Notes: generated from the letters alone by a model not told the origin. A stretch of DNA of 64,000 nt from a virus (IMGVR_UViG_3300028833_000124:1-64000), one strand, 5' to 3'; counted from the first letter of the stretch, positions 11,197 through 21,438 are shown. Made by a program: numbers and translations.

Positions 11197-12326
11197 CTCC
11201 CATCACTTTCAGAATCACTTGTACTTTCACTTGACTCAGAACTTGTAGAATCATCAGTTTCTTTAGCTTTCTCAGCAGGTTTTGTCCCCAAGTCTGGAGG
11301 CCAATCTTCAAGAGTAACATTCACTTTCCAATCCAAATTATCATCATGATTCACTTTAGTCAGATACATGTAACCGTTTAAATGAAAACTTGGGATGTAA
11401 ACTCTAACCCATTCACCTATACGCCATTCTGGACCTCCATCAATTTTACATTCTAACTGTCGCCCAGAATCTTTTAATAGTTTATTCCATTCATGATAAG
11501 CAAAAGCAACAGCATCTTTCTCTGTTTTATTAGATGAAGTGATTGTCTTGGAAACTTCACCAAATCTTTTAATACGAGCATCATCTTTAATGATAAACTT
11601 GTTATTATGCCATTTTACAACTAATTTATTTGGAGTGTTCGGATCAATATCGGTTATTGAAATTCCTTCCATGAAAACATTAACATCTTCAATTAACTGT
11701 AACTTCGCCGATGTAGGGTCACGTATTTTATTAATGTAAATTGTATCATCACGCAGATAACATTCCACATCCCCATTCCAGCCATATAACACTTCTTGAA
11801 TAGCTTTTTTAATTGATGAAGCAGAACTACTCCCAGATGATGAACCTGTTTCACCACCCATAGCCTTAACAATATTTTCACCTAATTGTTCGCAGGTTTC
11901 ACCGAAAACCGCAATACATTTTGATTTAGTAACTTCATTCATTTGAGGATATGTTTTACCATTCAAACTGTCACATGATTTACTGATACAATCCCCATGT
12001 TTGTCTTTATGAATGGGACTTTTGTTGAATTCATCCATTGTGGATAATCTTGGTTGTTTCAAATCACCACGTATACCAAAATAAGCATATTTAAAATTAG
12101 TGTTCCCATCATATAAATCTGCAATTGCAGTAATACCACTTGCGATTAGGAATACTCCTATTTTTCCTTTTGCCTTACTAGAATAGGAGTAACTTGCAAA
12201 TTGATTCGGACCGATACCTAATTTTTCCACAGTATTTCCTGCTTTTTCTAATGCTTTTGCAACAGCATTCTGACATGCTGAATCATTTCCGTTGTTGCGG
12301 TCACAACCTAATATTACAGTAGCCAT
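11193..12326 (-). CDS. Baseplate hub C-terminal half preceded by a putative cell-wall-acting domain
   Basis: C-terminus (RFG...LECKIDGGPEWRIGEWVRV...YLTKVNH) matches hub proteins; N-terminal alpha/beta domain (ILGCD...LGIGPN); Ser/Gly linker between them. Confidence 0.5.
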   Translation of the reverse strand: MATVILGCDRNNGNDSACQNAVAKALEKAGNTVEKLGIGPNQFASYSYSSKAKGKIGVFLIASGITAIADLYDGNTNFKYAYFGIRGDLKQPRLSTMDEFNKSPIHKDKHGDCISKSCDSLNGKTYPQMNEVTKSKCIAVFGETCEQLGENIVKAMGGETGSSSGSSSASSIKKAIQEVLYGWNGDVECYLRDDTIYINKIRDPTSAKLQLIEDVNVFMEGISITDIDPNTPNKLVVKWHNNKFIIKDDARIKRFGEVSKTITSSNKTEKDAVAFAYHEWNKLLKDSGRQLECKIDGGPEWRIGEWVRVYIPSFHLNGYMYLTKVNHDDNLDWKVNVTLEDWPPDLGTKPAEKAKETDDSTSSESSESTSDSESDGS

Positions 12327-12332
12327 AAAAAA

Positions 12333-13391
12333 TCACATCGGAATTTTTGTTCCTTTATTAGTACCTGAAGACGGACCCCAAACTTGACCAAATGCTCTTG
12401 TAGTATGCTGTCCACTATTCGCAGCATTATCTGTAGCATATGTTGTTCCACCAACAGTAACACGTACAATATAATGCCCTTGACCATCTTTACCAGGAGT
12501 ATGATGGATTACAGCTTTGAATCCTCCTTTAATAAACATAGCACAAAGTACATTAGCACCATCAGCACAATTCAAATGTGCTGCTTTCCATGCTTTATCC
12601 AAACTTGAGTATTTGCAATTGAAATAATAACTATAAATAACATGAGATTTAAAAGCAGAATCAATTGCTTTAGCTTTTTCTAAATCACTTGTTTTGCCTT
12701 CAATAGCTTTTTCAACGGCTTCATCAATAGTAGCACTACCAGTAGATTCACCACTTCCACTACTACTTCCACTTGATGAAACATTTGTATAATCAATTAC
12801 ATCATCTTTCAAACCAGTAACATCAATCTTACATTTCAAACCAGCAGCTTCAATCATTTCTTTTAAAATTTTTGACCTTTTGGTTTTAGTGAAAGTGAAA
12901 TGTTTTTCTTGATCTAAAAGTTTACTCATACCAACAAGTTTGATGTCAACACTATCTCTTGAGAAAGTCTGCTCACCAATAAACCCTAAAAGACAAACTT
13001 GTAAATCATCCCATTTTAAAGGGGTTCCAGTATCATTTGCTTTTTTCAAACAAATCTTTTTTCCTTTAAAGAATCGTGAAGTATCAACTTCAGGAAAAGA
13101 CACACTTCCATTATTACTCATTCCTTCGTAATCTTCATCAAATCCATTTTCATACATTTCATCATAGTATGCTATTTCTTTGATTTCACCATTCATTGCA
13201 ACGAATTTCTGTAAATCTTTTTCAGCATCAGAAACATTTTCATCTGTTGAATTTGAAGTGTTTTTCTTTTCTTCTTTTTCATCCGATTTTTTAGAATTCT
13301 TTTCTTTATCTTTGTCTTTATCTTTCTTTTTTTCAGTTTCGTAAACTTCAAAACCAGAAAGACCTAAAGGAGGTAGAATTGTAGTTGCCAT
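12333..13391 (-). CDS. Baseplate hub N-terminal half fused to a PeiW/PeiP-like (transglutaminase-fold) pseudomurein endopeptidase
   Basis: C-terminal Cys-His-Asp triad: LNCADGANVL, GHYIVRV, ATDNAA; Ser/Gly linker; N-terminus hub-like. Confidence 0.65.
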   Translation of the reverse strand: MATTILPPLGLSGFEVYETEKKKDKDKDKEKNSKKSDEKEEKKNTSNSTDENVSDAEKDLQKFVAMNGEIKEIAYYDEMYENGFDEDYEGMSNNGSVSFPEVDTSRFFKGKKICLKKANDTGTPLKWDDLQVCLLGFIGEQTFSRDSVDIKLVGMSKLLDQEKHFTFTKTKRSKILKEMIEAAGLKCKIDVTGLKDDVIDYTNVSSSGSSSGSGESTGSATIDEAVEKAIEGKTSDLEKAKAIDSAFKSHVIYSYYFNCKYSSLDKAWKAAHLNCADGANVLCAMFIKGGFKAVIHHTPGKDGQGHYIVRVTVGGTTYATDNAANSGQHTTRAFGQVWGPSSGTNKGTKIPM

Positions 13392-13407
13392 ATATTATCT
13401 CCTCCTT

Positions 13408-14136
13408 TTATTTTTTAACAAGGTATTTTCTAGTATATTTACCAAAGATTCCATCAACAGTTAATTTGCCTTTTGTGGAACGTTGGAAACTTTTAACCGC
13501 ATCAACAGTCCTTGTATCATAAACTCCGGTTTTGTATTTTTTATTCAAGAATCCTAAATTAATCAGTTTTTGTTGTAATAGTTTCACACAATTGTTCTTT
13601 TGCCCTTTACGGAATGGAACATTACATTTGTTTAAAGATTTGTTCAGATTGTTTTCTTCTTTAGTGGTTGTTTTAGTTGTTTTCTTAGTTGCACTAATTT
13701 TTTTGATATTAGGAACAACTAATGGAGTTTCACCAGGAATTTTAGATTTCTTATCAGGAATTTCTGTGATATCAACATCATATTCAGTATGATATCGTGA
13801 ACCTTCCTGAATATTTCTCCTGAAAGTAACAATAGCCATGAACATACCTCCCATCGCTTGGGAGATTACTTCAACTGGCTTGCTTTGTAATTCACTTAAT
13901 ATTTTATCATGAGCATCAGGCCGACCATTAGCTGAATATAAGGTAGTGGTGAAACTGAATTTCCTTTGAATGTATTTTCCTCTTCGAGCTTTCAAAGTAC
14001 CATTCAATAAAGGTTTGAATTCATAATCCCTCCGGTTGAATGGTTCATCAGCATCAATATTTTCAGCATAAAATGGATATCCTCCAATTTTAACATTTTC
14101 CGATACTCCAGTAACAATATCATCATACATTCCCAT
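13408..14136 (-). CDS. Tail-tube initiator/distal tail protein with C-terminal peptidoglycan-binding (PG_binding_1) domain
   Basis: VKLLQQKLINLGF...GVYDTRTVDAVKSFQRS...LTVDGIFGKYT; follows tape measure; start refined to MGMYDD after GGAG RBS. Confidence 0.7.
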   Translation of the reverse strand: MGMYDDIVTGVSENVKIGGYPFYAENIDADEPFNRRDYEFKPLLNGTLKARRGKYIQRKFSFTTTLYSANGRPDAHDKILSELQSKPVEVISQAMGGMFMAIVTFRRNIQEGSRYHTEYDVDITEIPDKKSKIPGETPLVVPNIKKISATKKTTKTTTKEENNLNKSLNKCNVPFRKGQKNNCVKLLQQKLINLGFLNKKYKTGVYDTRTVDAVKSFQRSTKGKLTVDGIFGKYTRKYLVKK

Positions 14137-14149
14137 AAAAATAAACTCC

Positions 14150-17100
14150 TTAAATATCAACATCAACATTTGTAATGTGATTCATTCCTTCAAATGCAGT
14201 AATCATTAATCTTTGAGCATCTTTAACAGTATGGTTACGTGCATCAATTCCAACTGCTCCTTCTTGAACAATAATAGTTACAGGACGATTGTCTTGTTTA
14301 TCTGGAGCATTACTAACTGTAGTTTTCAAAGCACCAATATGTTCCGCAGTTAAAGTTCCTCCATTAGTGAACATATCCATATCCAATTGAGGATTACCGA
14401 ATCCCCCAACAATTCCTTTTGCAACTTCATAACTTGCACGAGATAAAGGTTCATAAGCTGCCTGAATAAATTGTTTTGTATATAACATTTCTTGTTTCAT
14501 GGTACGGGCAATATCCCCTGGAGAACCAACATTAACTCCAGATTTAAATGCTTCTACAACTTCTTTAGCACCAGCTTCAGCAGCTGCTTTAGCAGCACTA
14601 ATACCACTATCCACAGCTGATTTAACATGCCCCATTTCTGTGCTCATAACACTTGCTAACTGCAAAGTAGATCTCATACCAGTTGTTGTCGCTCTACCCA
14701 ACATTGCCCCTCCAGACAATGCAGCACTTCCCGCACTATTAACAGCACTAGAAACACTTGTCTGAACAGCACCTGCTAAAGGTGCAAGACCAGATTGCAC
14801 ACCACTAACAATTTGAGTACCAATACCCATTGCAGGTTCAGTAAAACCAGATGCTGCTGCTAATGTAGTTTTCAAATTCTCTAATGTTGTTTGAATAGCA
14901 CCAAGCATTGTATCTGCGGTTGCACCATCAAAAGTAACAGTGTTAAGTTTAGCTAATTCTGTAGCAGCATTTTGAACATTAGTTACCGCAGTAGTGATTA
15001 TACTTGAATCGAATTCTCCAATACCACTATTTCCAATTGTCATTAATGTAGTTGAAACTTCACTAACTTTTTGTAAAGCAGTTCCTATTTGTGTTATTTT
15101 TTCTGTGATTCCTTCATCGATTGCAGATAAAGCAGATAATTCTGCGAGTTTCTGTGATGCAGTGATTAAATCGTTTTTAATTTTTTCTAATCCTCCTGCA
15201 ACATCGTAACCGCCGAATAATCCTTCAACCCAACTATCAAAACCAGAACCAACCATTCCTTTAATAGTGGTAACTGTATCATTGACTGTTGTTAATGTGC
15301 TTCCGACTTTTTGGATTTTTGTAGAAACATCATCAGGGATTTCACTTATTCCTGTAAAACCGGCTAATGCTACACTTGCATCAATAATGTCTTGTTTCAC
15401 ATTTTCTAATGCAGTTTGAATGTCCACACCTTCACCGAAGATTCCGCTAATGAAACCTCCAATCATATCGTCCCAGTTTTGACCGTCACGAATACTGCGT
15501 AATGCGGACATAGCATCTCCAACACTAGCGAGACTGTTACATACATTTTGAATATTCTGTGCAACACCACTATCTAATGGGGTGATGCCTGAGAATTCAT
15601 TTAGTTTTTCAGAAGCGCTAATAATATCATTTTTAGCTTGTTCTAATCCTGCAGTAACACTATCAAAACCTAAAAGGTTAGCAACAAAATTACTGAAACC
15701 AGTTACAATATTATTCCAAGTTAAAGAACCCATTGCTTCAGCAACACTACCTAATGTTTCACTAATAGTTTTGATTTTAGTTGCAACACTTGGATCAATA
15801 GCAACAGTATTGAATTGTGATAACTTTTGACCGGCTTCTTTCAATGCATTTACAGCAGTATCTAATGGTCCGAGAATTCCTGTGAATCCTCCAGTCATTA
15901 CGGCCAGTCCAGTCATAATGGATGCGAATGACATTGCAGCCATAGCAACTCCAACCCAAGCTAATGCGGTTGCTACTTGACTTATGCCTTTAACTGCACC
16001 ATCTAAGTTAACATCATCGAAGTTTAATGATTGCATGAAATCCGCTAATAATTTCAGGAATACCATTGCTTCAGCAGCAATCAAAGCCACGATAGGAATC
16101 ATGATAATGATTACTGCGGATAATGCGAGCAATGGTACAATCATGGATGTGAATGCTGCACTTAGACTTGTTGCACCGGCAGCTGCTGCTGTTCCACCTG
16201 CTGCACCTGCTTCCATTGCAGGGCCTGCTGCAGTTGCTGCTTCACCTGCTGCTGCGGCTGCACCCATTCCTTCTGCAATGTCACCAGCACCTTCTAATGT
16301 TTTACTAATATCAGATGCTTCATCAACAATGTCAGCAACTTCTTCTCCACCTTTGAAGAAGTTTTTTATTCCACCAAATAAATCAGATATGTTTCCTTTA
16401 ACTCCTTTGTCTTTTCTCAATTTGAGTTTGTCAAAGAAACCGCTTTGAGCATAATCTAAACCCCATTGTAATTCATCTTTAGCTTCATCAATTTTAGCTA
16501 ACTCTTTCACTACTTCTCCGGCTTTATCTCTTTCAGATTGATTTAATTTAATTAATTCATCAAAAGCAGAGAAATTATCTTTTCTTGCAGCTTGTATTTC
16601 TGCTAAAGATTTTTTACCATTTTTTAAACTATCATCATTCAATAAATCAGAGAAATAATCCATTTCTTTCTTTTTAGGTTTAAATTGACTTCCTTTGTTA
16701 TAATACATGTTTGAACCAAAGTCTTGAAGATAATCCATATCTTCTTGTATTTGGCCTTGTTTCTTTTTTAATGAATCTAATTCTTTCATTAACTTATCCG
16801 CATCTTGATTTGATTTTTTATTGTTTTGAACCAAGTCAGATAACATTAATGCATCAAATCCACCTTCTACGATTTTTTCTCCTTTACCGGCTTTTTTACC
16901 TGCTTGTGCTCCAGCACCTACAGCACCACCAACACCAGCAATTCCAGCACCCATATCACTAATGTTACTGACAGTATTAATAGCATCTCCTGCTGCTTCC
17001 GCAGCTTCACCAGTGCCTTTAATAACATTTTTCAAAGCAACGAAACCATCTTTTAAATCCCTTATACCATTAACTGTAGTGGAAATATTCCAAAACCCTT

Positions 17101-17938
17101 GGTTCATAGCATCAATACCACCACTAACAACAAGCATTGAAGCTGCAAGACTTCCACCCAATTCACTATCTAAATCAATGAATCCACGTTTAATATCCTT
17201 AATAACCGGTAAGAATTCATTACCAATTTTTTTAGCTGCACGACTGAATGATTTACCAATCAATGCATCTAAACCAGTGTTGGTTTCCATTAACTTTTCT
17301 GTTGAACCAGTTACCTTATCAACAGCTTTCATGAAACCTTCAACATCTTTTTCATCACCATTCCAATAACCAGTACGTTCCAATGCATCTTGAGTAATAC
17401 CATACTGGTCAAGTGATGCGAAAGCACCTTTAACACCTTTGGATAAATCCATCATGGATTGTTGTGCAAGGTCTGTTGAACCTGTCTGTGCTAATACTGC
17501 TGCACCAAAGTTAGCCATTTCATCAGTGATGTTGGTCATTTCTTTATCTGTAGCACCAGTAGCAGATTTAAATGCTTTTAAAGCAGGAATCAATTCTTGC
17601 ATTGAAGTTAAACTTGAATCTGTAGTTTTATCTACTTTCTCATAAAACTTATCATAGTTTTTACCCGCATCATCAAGCATGTTCTCTAATAATACTGCAT
17701 TGGTTTCTGCTTTGGAAGTTGTTCCAAAAATGTTATCTAAAGCAGATTTACCAGTTAAAGATTGCATGACATTATCAGAGACTTGTCCGAGATTCATCAT
17801 TCCCATGTTAATACTAGATAATGAAGATGAAATGCTTGAAGCCATACTTTTAGCATTAGCATCTATTTGACCAAACATTTGGGAAGCATTATCCCTCCCA
17901 CCGACGGTAAGCATTATTTCTTCTGTAGTATTAACCAT
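14150..17938 (-). CDS. Tape measure protein
   Basis: 1262 aa, Ala/Gly-rich helical with ~70-80 aa repeats, after tail chaperones. Confidence 0.9.
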   Translation of the reverse strand: MVNTTEEIMLTVGGRDNASQMFGQIDANAKSMASSISSSLSSINMGMMNLGQVSDNVMQSLTGKSALDNIFGTTSKAETNAVLLENMLDDAGKNYDKFYEKVDKTTDSSLTSMQELIPALKAFKSATGATDKEMTNITDEMANFGAAVLAQTGSTDLAQQSMMDLSKGVKGAFASLDQYGITQDALERTGYWNGDEKDVEGFMKAVDKVTGSTEKLMETNTGLDALIGKSFSRAAKKIGNEFLPVIKDIKRGFIDLDSELGGSLAASMLVVSGGIDAMNQGFWNISTTVNGIRDLKDGFVALKNVIKGTGEAAEAAGDAINTVSNISDMGAGIAGVGGAVGAGAQAGKKAGKGEKIVEGGFDALMLSDLVQNNKKSNQDADKLMKELDSLKKKQGQIQEDMDYLQDFGSNMYYNKGSQFKPKKKEMDYFSDLLNDDSLKNGKKSLAEIQAARKDNFSAFDELIKLNQSERDKAGEVVKELAKIDEAKDELQWGLDYAQSGFFDKLKLRKDKGVKGNISDLFGGIKNFFKGGEEVADIVDEASDISKTLEGAGDIAEGMGAAAAAGEAATAAGPAMEAGAAGGTAAAAGATSLSAAFTSMIVPLLALSAVIIIMIPIVALIAAEAMVFLKLLADFMQSLNFDDVNLDGAVKGISQVATALAWVGVAMAAMSFASIMTGLAVMTGGFTGILGPLDTAVNALKEAGQKLSQFNTVAIDPSVATKIKTISETLGSVAEAMGSLTWNNIVTGFSNFVANLLGFDSVTAGLEQAKNDIISASEKLNEFSGITPLDSGVAQNIQNVCNSLASVGDAMSALRSIRDGQNWDDMIGGFISGIFGEGVDIQTALENVKQDIIDASVALAGFTGISEIPDDVSTKIQKVGSTLTTVNDTVTTIKGMVGSGFDSWVEGLFGGYDVAGGLEKIKNDLITASQKLAELSALSAIDEGITEKITQIGTALQKVSEVSTTLMTIGNSGIGEFDSSIITTAVTNVQNAATELAKLNTVTFDGATADTMLGAIQTTLENLKTTLAAASGFTEPAMGIGTQIVSGVQSGLAPLAGAVQTSVSSAVNSAGSAALSGGAMLGRATTTGMRSTLQLASVMSTEMGHVKSAVDSGISAAKAAAEAGAKEVVEAFKSGVNVGSPGDIARTMKQEMLYTKQFIQAAYEPLSRASYEVAKGIVGGFGNPQLDMDMFTNGGTLTAEHIGALKTTVSNAPDKQDNRPVTIIVQEGAVGIDARNHTVKDAQRLMITAFEGMNHITNVDVDI

Positions 17939-17940
17939 TC

Positions 17941-18177
17941 TTATCTTCTCCTCATACGTTTTGATTTAGATTTAGCTTTTTGGGCTTCTTTTTTCATTTG
18001 TTTAATTCTTTTTTGTTCGGCTTTGATTTCTTCACCATATTTCCGCATAAGTAGTATAATATCCCAATCACGATTATAAAAACCACGAATAACTTCACTA
18101 ATTGGGATGCATAAGTGTTTACTGACACGGAAATAAACTTCTCCAACGAAACTATCTAACATCTGGAAATAAGTCAA
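17941..18177 (-). CDS. Tail assembly chaperone, second (GT-like) segment
   Basis: Overlaps the end of the chaperone gene in the +1 frame, directly upstream of the tape measure gene. Confidence 0.6.
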   Translation of the reverse strand: MTYFQMLDSFVGEVYFRVSKHLCIPISEVIRGFYNRDWDIILLMRKYGEEIKAEQKRIKQMKKEAQKAKSKSKRMRRR

Positions 18178-18883
18178 CTTCTAATCCTTCATCAATACGG
18201 ACAATTTCTTTGCATCGATTATAGATTAAAACACGAGTTCCAATATCAATAGTTTTCCAGAATTTTTTGCGAGCAGATTTATTTAAATCTTCATCGCCAA
18301 CCAATTCCACATGGTTGATTAAAAAAGTAGTAATAACATCATTGTTTTTATCAACGTCACCTAATTTTTCAACAATTTTGTCTTGAATGGATTGTTGCAT
18401 TTTTTCTTCTTCTGGAGATAATGGTACACCATTAGTTGCTTTACTGTACACCATCTTTTCAGATTTACTTAAATCACGGAATACTCTTGTTTGAGCATCT
18501 AATAAATCCATATATTCATTATCTGATAATGGTTTTAAACGGAATTCTAAACGGTATACTTGTCCATGTATTTTCACATGCATGTCAAACCTGTAACGGT
18601 TTGGATCATCTAATAAATTTAATAATTCAGTTGAAGATTGTATAACTTTAATATTCGCATCAATATTTTCTTCTAATTCAACACTATCGTATTTATTGAA
18701 ATATTCACGATATTTGTCTAATAATACTTGTAATTCCTCTAATTCTGTTTGTGTGAATTCTTCTCCATTGATGCATTTTTCTGCTAATATTTTTTCATGT
18801 TCTTCAAGGTATCCTAAAGGCAGTCTTTTGCATTCTTCAGGAAATACGTTTTGAAGTGCATATTGGTCTTTTGCGTCTATCAT
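18152..18883 (-). CDS. Tail assembly chaperone (G-like)
   Basis: Between tube and tape measure genes; ATG at 18883 (MIDAK) follows a GGAGAGG RBS. Confidence 0.6.
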   Translation of the reverse strand: MIDAKDQYALQNVFPEECKRLPLGYLEEHEKILAEKCINGEEFTQTELEELQVLLDKYREYFNKYDSVELEENIDANIKVIQSSTELLNLLDDPNRYRFDMHVKIHGQVYRLEFRLKPLSDNEYMDLLDAQTRVFRDLSKSEKMVYSKATNGVPLSPEEEKMQQSIQDKIVEKLGDVDKNNDVITTFLINHVELVGDEDLNKSARKKFWKTIDIGTRVLIYNRCKEIVRIDEGLEVDLFPDVR

Positions 18884-18982
18884 CTTTTTCAGCCTCTCCA
18901 TATAAAATATTATAATAAAATAATCATGAAAAAAAAATAAAAAAAATAAAAGAAGACTTAACAAAAGTTTTAAATCTTCTTT

Positions 18983-19393
18983 TTATTGTCTAGGTCTTTC
19001 AACACCTAAAGCATTACCACTACAATCAATAGTTGGTCCGTCATCACCATGGCTCATTGTTAATTCAGTGATTTTACAATAAGTCAAAGTTAACCTATGA
19101 TTGTATTTTCCACCTTTACCGAAATTGTAATATTGAATAGGGAATAATTTACCGGATAATTTATATTCAAGTAAAAGGTCATAGAATTCTGGTTCTACAC
19201 CAGATAAACCCCATTCCACAGTATCTTTTTTACTGGTTCTACGTGTACCTTGTTCAGAATTAGTGACATATTTAATATCCCCACCTTCTTCACTAAGGTC
19301 AACGTTATTTTCATTAGATAAGATAGTAGTTCCATCTAATCTCATTTCAGCTAAATCAAAAGTATTATTGGTTGGGTCAACAGTTATTGCCAT
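18983..19393 (-). CDS. Tail tube protein
   Basis: 136 aa beta-rich, immediately after sheath. Confidence 0.7.
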   Translation of the reverse strand: MAITVDPTNNTFDLAEMRLDGTTILSNENNVDLSEEGGDIKYVTNSEQGTRRTSKKDTVEWGLSGVEPEFYDLLLEYKLSGKLFPIQYYNFGKGGKYNHRLTLTYCKITELTMSHGDDGPTIDCSGNALGVERPRQ

Positions 19394-19398
19394 GTTAT

Positions 19399-20568
19399 CT
19401 AACTCCTAACAGTTGTTACAGGTGCTTCAATATACATAGTGAAGCGGATTAATTCAGTTGAGTTTACAGGAACAGCTACACCTTCAACATCCAAATCGAA
19501 AGGATTAGATTCAGATTCTTTAACATCAATATAGGTTCCTTCCATCATGTAGCCAGCTTCTTTCTTCTCAGAAACCAATGTATCAATATCTGCTTGGAGA
19601 TAAGAGAGATTGACTTCAGTTTCGTTTCTTTTGAGTTGTGGATATAATACTTCAAAAGCATCTCTGATAAGTTGGTCTACATTTCTTCTTGAATGTAACA
19701 AACAATCGTTTGGTCTGTTATCAGGATTTTTTGCAAAAGCAGTTGAAACTGCAAGACAGATTTTTGGATGAACACTTTTTCCAGGTTTTTCATCCCTGTT
19801 GAAAATGATACCATTATTTTGGATTTCATCTTCTTCATCATCAGTTCTTTCAGTGAAAGTTCCTGCAGGAATAGAACGGTATTCTTCATATCCTGGTTCT
19901 TCGCTGAAGTGAGTTGTGAATATTCTTGCACAAGTAATACCGAATTCATCAAATGGTCCAACTAATCCTACTCTTGGGTCTTGAACATAATTGGTTTGTT
20001 CGGCATCGTTTAATGCTGCTAATTCAGTCATGGTCATTCCATCAACAGAATAATAAAGAATTCTTGGGTTTCCTTTTTTAGCATCTTCTTTAATTTTAGC
20101 AAGACCAGATTCAATGATTGGAATGATTTTTGCAGCAGTATCAGTTTTTGTGAAACCAACTAATACTTCAGCTTGTGCATCTCTTTTGATTTTTGCAGTT
20201 GCGAATGCAGCAGTCCATGCAGCATTATTTAATTCCGGTGTTTGGCCGGAAGTTTTTCCAGTACCTAAGTCAATAACATACACATAAGGTACGGTAAGAT
20301 CATCAGATTCTTTTTTAATATTTTCTTCAAAGAATCCTTTTAAAAATTTAAGAACTGGATTTGTAGCAGGGTCAGTACCAATACCACCATTAGCAACACT
20401 TTTTGCAGCTGCAGTATAATTTTTAAATTTTAAAATACCAGTTGCTGGAGTGGTGTTTCCAGTAATACCTATGATAACTGGGATTTCCGCACCATCTCCA
20501 TTTGGTGTTGGATTGGACTCAGTTTCAAAGTATTTGATTTTTGGAGTTTCACTTAAATCAATTGACAT
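19399..20568 (-). CDS. Tail sheath protein
   Basis: PVIIG...C-terminal RRNVDQLIRD...ESNPFDLDVEGVAVPVNSTELIRF typical of sheath C-terminal domain. Confidence 0.8.
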   Translation of the reverse strand: MSIDLSETPKIKYFETESNPTPNGDGAEIPVIIGITGNTTPATGILKFKNYTAAAKSVANGGIGTDPATNPVLKFLKGFFEENIKKESDDLTVPYVYVIDLGTGKTSGQTPELNNAAWTAAFATAKIKRDAQAEVLVGFTKTDTAAKIIPIIESGLAKIKEDAKKGNPRILYYSVDGMTMTELAALNDAEQTNYVQDPRVGLVGPFDEFGITCARIFTTHFSEEPGYEEYRSIPAGTFTERTDDEEDEIQNNGIIFNRDEKPGKSVHPKICLAVSTAFAKNPDNRPNDCLLHSRRNVDQLIRDAFEVLYPQLKRNETEVNLSYLQADIDTLVSEKKEAGYMMEGTYIDVKESESNPFDLDVEGVAVPVNSTELIRFTMYIEAPVTTVRS

Positions 20569-20573
20569 ATTTT

Positions 20574-20825
20574 CTATTCTCCTAAAAAGTTTTTAACATG
20601 TTTGTTAAGTTCATCCATGGTTATGGATGGAGTAATATCTTCAATACCATATTCAGACTCTTCTTGTCTGTATTGGGCCAATAAACCTGCTGCACTTAAA
20701 GCACCAATGATAATGTAATTTTTTTCAGGGTGTTTTTGAACTGCTTCGTAAAGAATTAACTTTTCCGCAGTTTTTTTAGCAGGAGTATTGTTTTCAGATT
20801 TTTTATCAGATTTTTTAGTTGTCAT
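20574..20825 (-). CDS. Hypothetical virion-module protein
   Basis: ORF coupled to flanking genes. Confidence 0.5.
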   Translation of the reverse strand: MTTKKSDKKSENNTPAKKTAEKLILYEAVQKHPEKNYIIIGALSAAGLLAQYRQEESEYGIEDITPSITMDELNKHVKNFLGE

Positions 20826-21436
20826 AATAAATCCTCATTAAAATTAATTTCATTGAATAATCTTCCACCAATCCGGTTAAATTGGTAATATTCAAGTTCT
20901 ATTTTGAAAATTGTCCGGAGTATGGATTCAGATTCATCTAATTCATCTAAATCAGTCATACTATTGACATGGAATGTTCTTTGTGGAATGTTATTAGTTT
21001 CAAAAAAAGAAGTGTAATTTGAAATGTTTGGACATTGGCCTTTGTTTGCCCGTCCGTTTTGTGAGTCTAACGCTTCACATGCATCATCGAGTTTACTACA
21101 ATGATTATCCTCAAAACTGAAATTAGAACAAGTAGTATAATGGTTTGCTTCTAATTGATTAAAACGAGTAATTATAGCATTTATAAGACTTGTTCTTTCT
21201 TCTTCTGTATTGCACCAAATGTTAATCCAAACTTCAGCAGAATATAATCTGCGCATATATTGAACATTATCAATTTCAACAGATTGTCTTCTGATGAAAG
21301 ATTCATCGGCTAATTGCACATTAACACATGGTGTTTGGTCAGATGGAATGTACCTACTGCCGGTAAAAATAAATCGGTTATGTATTGGTAAATGATTGTA
21401 TAATAAATCGATAAATGCTTTTTCAAGCACATGCAT
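20822..21436 (-). CDS. Tail terminator/completion protein
   Basis: Synteny after gp10-like gene; PCVNVQL...EVWINIW pattern; Cys-rich insert. Confidence 0.55.
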   Translation of the reverse strand: MHVLEKAFIDLLYNHLPIHNRFIFTGSRYIPSDQTPCVNVQLADESFIRRQSVEIDNVQYMRRLYSAEVWINIWCNTEEERTSLINAIITRFNQLEANHYTTCSNFSFEDNHCSKLDDACEALDSQNGRANKGQCPNISNYTSFFETNNIPQRTFHVNSMTDLDELDESESILRTIFKIELEYYQFNRIGGRLFNEINFNEDLL

Positions 21437-21438
21437 AA

